From IMG/VR virus record IMGVR_UViG_3300040971_000013: a DNA stretch of 58,793 bases, one strand, 5' to 3'. Below are positions 55,890-58,793 of the stretch, in pieces; the stretch's first letter is position 1, and every line of letters begins with the position of its first letter. The notes beneath the pieces are model-generated. The model saw only the letters and a list, made by a program, of their open reading frames with translations, ran no database searches and had not been told where the DNA came from. The DNA is from an uncultured virus (IMG/VR IMGVR_UViG_3300040971_000013) (taxonomy: Duplodnaviria; Heunggongvirae; Uroviricota; Caudoviricetes). Position numbers and translations under genes: made by a program.

Positions 55890-56105
55890 ATGACTCCTAA
55901 TTCCACAAGATTTAATATATTTATAACATTTCTAAAAGTCTGTCAATAGGCAATTCAGTCAAGGTTGATATTTGTTCCATTAGACAGAATAAAGATACAT
56001 ATATCAACCATCTTCGTTTTGTCAATCGGTTTTGATGCATCCGTCCAATTTCAATACTTTACAGTCATATATATTTGGTTTTGGAGGGACATAATATAAA
56101 ATAAT

Positions 56106-56166
56106 AGAATCAGGTCTCATTGGAGACCTCAAGCTAGAAAGTCTTTAGACTTCTAGTTGGGTTGAC
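56106..56166 (+). mobile_element. orphan 61-bp copy of the IS605 right end
   Basis: exact reverse complement of 26487-26547. Confidence 0.9.
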
Positions 56167-56171
56167 TCAGG

Positions 56172-56179
56172 TATAAATA
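56172..56179 (+). promoter_or_regulatory. T4-type late promoter
   Basis: TATAAATA before gp48. Confidence 0.7.
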
Positions 56180-56199
56180 TACAAAAACCAGGCGGGATT

Positions 56200-57078
56200 A
56201 TGAATACTACTCCAAAATATGCTATACCGATATCTCCAAAGATATCTTCGTTGTTTTCAGACACCACCGCTGTTGCATATACTAAGTTGACTGCAATGAC
56301 TATTCTTGGTGCTGGTGCTTCTGCATCTACTACAACCAATGGCTCTTGGCAGCTTCCGTTACCTACAGCACTTGATTATAACAGCGACTATAATTGGTCA
56401 GCTGAAGAACTGGGTCATATTGCAAGTAAACTTATGACAGCTCTAAAGACTTCTTATGATTCTGCTACATCAGCATATTCTGCGTCTGCTGCAGAAGGTA
56501 AAGGATTAGTCCGCAGAATGATCGATACTAATGCAGCTATGATAGACGGCTTTATGGATGGCGCTCAGGGCGTCGGTGATATGATGATGAACGATATTGC
56601 ACGAAAGGCTATGTCTGGCATCTCACAGTTGCTGACTGGTGGTGGAGCTCTAGCAAAAGAATACTACAAGCGTCAAGGCAAGACGTATAATCCCAATGAA
56701 CAATTATACTTTGACGGGGTTTCACTTAGAGAATTTTCTCTTCCGTTTGAGATCACTCCTCTATCTGAATCAGAATCATCTAAATTTTCATCTATGATAT
56801 ACGATCTTCGTCAAGCAGCTGCTCCGAGATATGATTCAGACAAATACTATTTTACATATCCAGATTTCTTTACTGTTGGTATATATGTCGGCGGAACATT
56901 GATTGTAGAACGCGGCCCTTGTGCTATCACGTCTTTGAATGTTAATATGGCACCAGAAGGATCGATCATGTGGAGATCTGACAATAAGCCAGTTTCATAT
57001 TCATTGGATCTTACATTCAAAGAAACTACTGTTGCTACGAAAGAATATGAAGCTAAGACTAGGCTTCTTGGTGTTTAG
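56200..57078 (+). CDS. 48: baseplate tail-tube cap gp48
   Basis: LP.P...Y.W, NPN...F.G..LR.F.F...P.S..ES, L.F.E. Confidence 0.8.
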   Translation: MNTTPKYAIPISPKISSLFSDTTAVAYTKLTAMTILGAGASASTTTNGSWQLPLPTALDYNSDYNWSAEELGHIASKLMTALKTSYDSATSAYSASAAEGKGLVRRMIDTNAAMIDGFMDGAQGVGDMMMNDIARKAMSGISQLLTGGGALAKEYYKRQGKTYNPNEQLYFDGVSLREFSLPFEITPLSESESSKFSSMIYDLRQAAAPRYDSDKYYFTYPDFFTVGIYVGGTLIVERGPCAITSLNVNMAPEGSIMWRSDNKPVSYSLDLTFKETTVATKEYEAKTRLLGV

Positions 57079-57086
57079 GAGAAATC

Positions 57087-57563
57087 ATGCTATCACTATT
57101 TGACAAAGTTGTTTTTGATGGAACTACTATTACAGATATCTCTCAGAAGTTTGTAATTACTAATATTGCTTCTTATAATACAAGAAATATTTTCTTTGAT
57201 CATATTATCAATGGATGGAAAGCACCTGAAGAACTAGCATACGACTTCTATGGATCTTGTGATGATGTCTGGTTGGTCCTTGGAATCAATAAAGTCTGCA
57301 ATCCAGTAACTGATTGGCTATTGAAAGATGCCGAAGTACGGAAGTTAGCAATTAAGAAATATGGATCTGCTAACTTGGGTAATACACACCATTGGGAGAA
57401 AGATGGTATCATCTATCGTAATGCTATCACTGGTGGAACTGCAGTAACAAATCTTGATTATGAAAATGATCGTAATGAAGCAAAAAGAAAAGTAAAAATT
57501 ATTTATCCTGAACTTGTTAGTACTATAAAGACCGAGATTAAAAACTATTTCAACAGAGCATAA
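57087..57563 (+). CDS. 53: baseplate wedge gp53
   Basis: PE.LA..FYG...W.VL..N...P..DW, HHWE, NE.KR.VKI. Confidence 0.88.
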   Translation: MLSLFDKVVFDGTTITDISQKFVITNIASYNTRNIFFDHIINGWKAPEELAYDFYGSCDDVWLVLGINKVCNPVTDWLLKDAEVRKLAIKKYGSANLGNTHHWEKDGIIYRNAITGGTAVTNLDYENDRNEAKRKVKIIYPELVSTIKTEIKNYFNRA

Positions 57564-57564
57564 T

Positions 57565-58793
57565 ATGGATTTTATCAGAAACAAATCACACTCATTATCA
57601 GTACTAAAGATTAAAAGTATTGCTGACGGGAAAGAAGAATCAGAATTTGATCTTCGGTTTATCTTTGACGAACTGAATCTGTTTCACGACATTGATAACA
57701 TTGTAACGTCAGGATATGTCACGATTAAGGAACAAGGAAATCTTATAGTATCTTGTCCAATTCAGGGAAAAGAAATTATAGAAATTAAATTCAAGTCTGA
57801 TTTTGAATCCGAAGAAGGTGAAGATCCTTGGGTTAAGAGAGAATACCATCGAGTCTTCTTTGTATATGCAGTAGACGGGCTTCAAGAGTCTGGAGATAAA
57901 CGGTCATACACAATTCGATTCACTGATGCTCTAGGGATGATTAACAGTGATATGAGACTGTCTATCAAATACGATGATAAAGCAGAAGATATTATTGAAA
58001 AGATCGGCAACGAGATCATCAATAAGAAAGAACTCTACAATAAATGGATCAAGAATACATATAGTGGTACCAGAGACGTTTTAATGCTCCAGAAGGATGT
58101 AGAATCTGAGCACAACATTATCTTTACCGTTCCAAACTGGAAACCATTGAAGCTAATCAACTATATTACTAAGAAGGCTGTTTCAGTCGACCAGCCTAAC
58201 ACCGAGAAGTTTGCTGATTGTTTGTTCTTTCAGAGTGTTACTGGATTTTATAAATTTACATCCTACAAACATATGATGACTGAGACTAATAAAGATAAGA
58301 AACGGAAGTTTGTTCGATACCCTGCTAATATTACTCAGACTATTACTGACAAATATGTGGTAGAGAATTTCTCATTTACTGATTTGTTCAATAGTCAGAT
58401 TCAGAAAGGCGGCATGCTTGGCCATACTACTTTCACTGTAGACCTTGGGAACAAAGAATACATCAGTTCACCAGTACCTTATGAAGATGTCTTTGAAGCA
58501 ATCAAATCTTATTACGGATCTAATCAAATTCTAAAAGAATATACATCAGTTGAAATGTCTCCAGATAGTTCTCATGGTATTCATGTTTTCAATATCAATA
58601 CAGACGATGCAAATGATTCTAATAGACTAGACTTTGTATATCCTGCAGTTGTTAAAGGCATTCCAATGGAAGCTCATATGAGATCGTTGAAGATCTTTGT
58701 TGAAATGAATGGAGCATCTGACTTAGATATTGGAACCGCAGTAGATCTTGACTTTAAACCGCATCCAAACGCAGAAAAACATGGTGGAGATAT
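57565..58793 (+). CDS. baseplate hub gp27-like protein (runs off window; absent from ORF track)
   Basis: ATG 57565: MDFIRNKSHSLS...SG.V.I.E..NL...PIQGKE.I.I.F; synteny 48-53-hub. Confidence 0.7.
   Translation, partial: MDFIRNKSHSLSVLKIKSIADGKEESEFDLRFIFDELNLFHDIDNIVTSGYVTIKEQGNLIVSCPIQGKEIIEIKFKSDFESEEGEDPWVKREYHRVFFVYAVDGLQESGDKRSYTIRFTDALGMINSDMRLSIKYDDKAEDIIEKIGNEIINKKELYNKWIKNTYSGTRDVLMLQKDVESEHNIIFTVPNWKPLKLINYITKKAVSVDQPNTEKFADCLFFQSVTGFYKFTSYKHMMTETNKDKKRKFVRYPANITQTITDKYVVENFSFTDLFNSQIQKGGMLGHTTFTVDLGNKEYISSPVPYEDVFEAIKSYYGSNQILKEYTSVEMSPDSSHGIHVFNINTDDANDSNRLDFVYPAVVKGIPMEAHMRSLKIFVEMNGASDLDIGTAVDLDFKPHPNAEKHGGD

Noticed and set aside
1..58793. Stop-codon reassignment or suppressor tRNAs
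   Set aside because: Conserved genes are full length in the standard code and end in TAA, TAG or TGA. Anticodons TAG and TAA decode Leu, not stops.

Overview
Fragment of a large T4-like (myovirus) lytic phage genome in three pieces joined by two 100-N gaps (21365-21464, 25685-25784). 1-21.4 kb: RNase H end, many small accessory genes behind sigma70-type early promoters, a radical SAM gene followed by three MKIRxGFxSNSSSSSF proteins, a tRNA array containing aberrant tRNA-like and structured RNAs, lysis genes, DexA, a nucleotidyltransferase-kinase fusion, PhoH and the dsbA-33-59-32 block. 21.5-25.7 kb: tape-measure-like gene, a gp51-like gene with a probable -1 frameshift, gp54, gp2 and gp4. 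25.8-58.8 kb: a shuffled repeat region, an intact IS605-type element (tnpA/tnpB), spanins, neck genes and a fractured large terminase (atypical split intein, free-standing homing endonuclease, second intein). It continues with a modular tail-adhesin cassette holding a very compact DGR with no recognisable avd, downstream of a late-promoter motif, then baseplate genes, a dCMP-type thymidylate-synthase homologue with a dNMP kinase, a family-A-polymerase-like protein and an orphan IS right end. All calls come from reading motifs and gene order by eye; no database searches were run.
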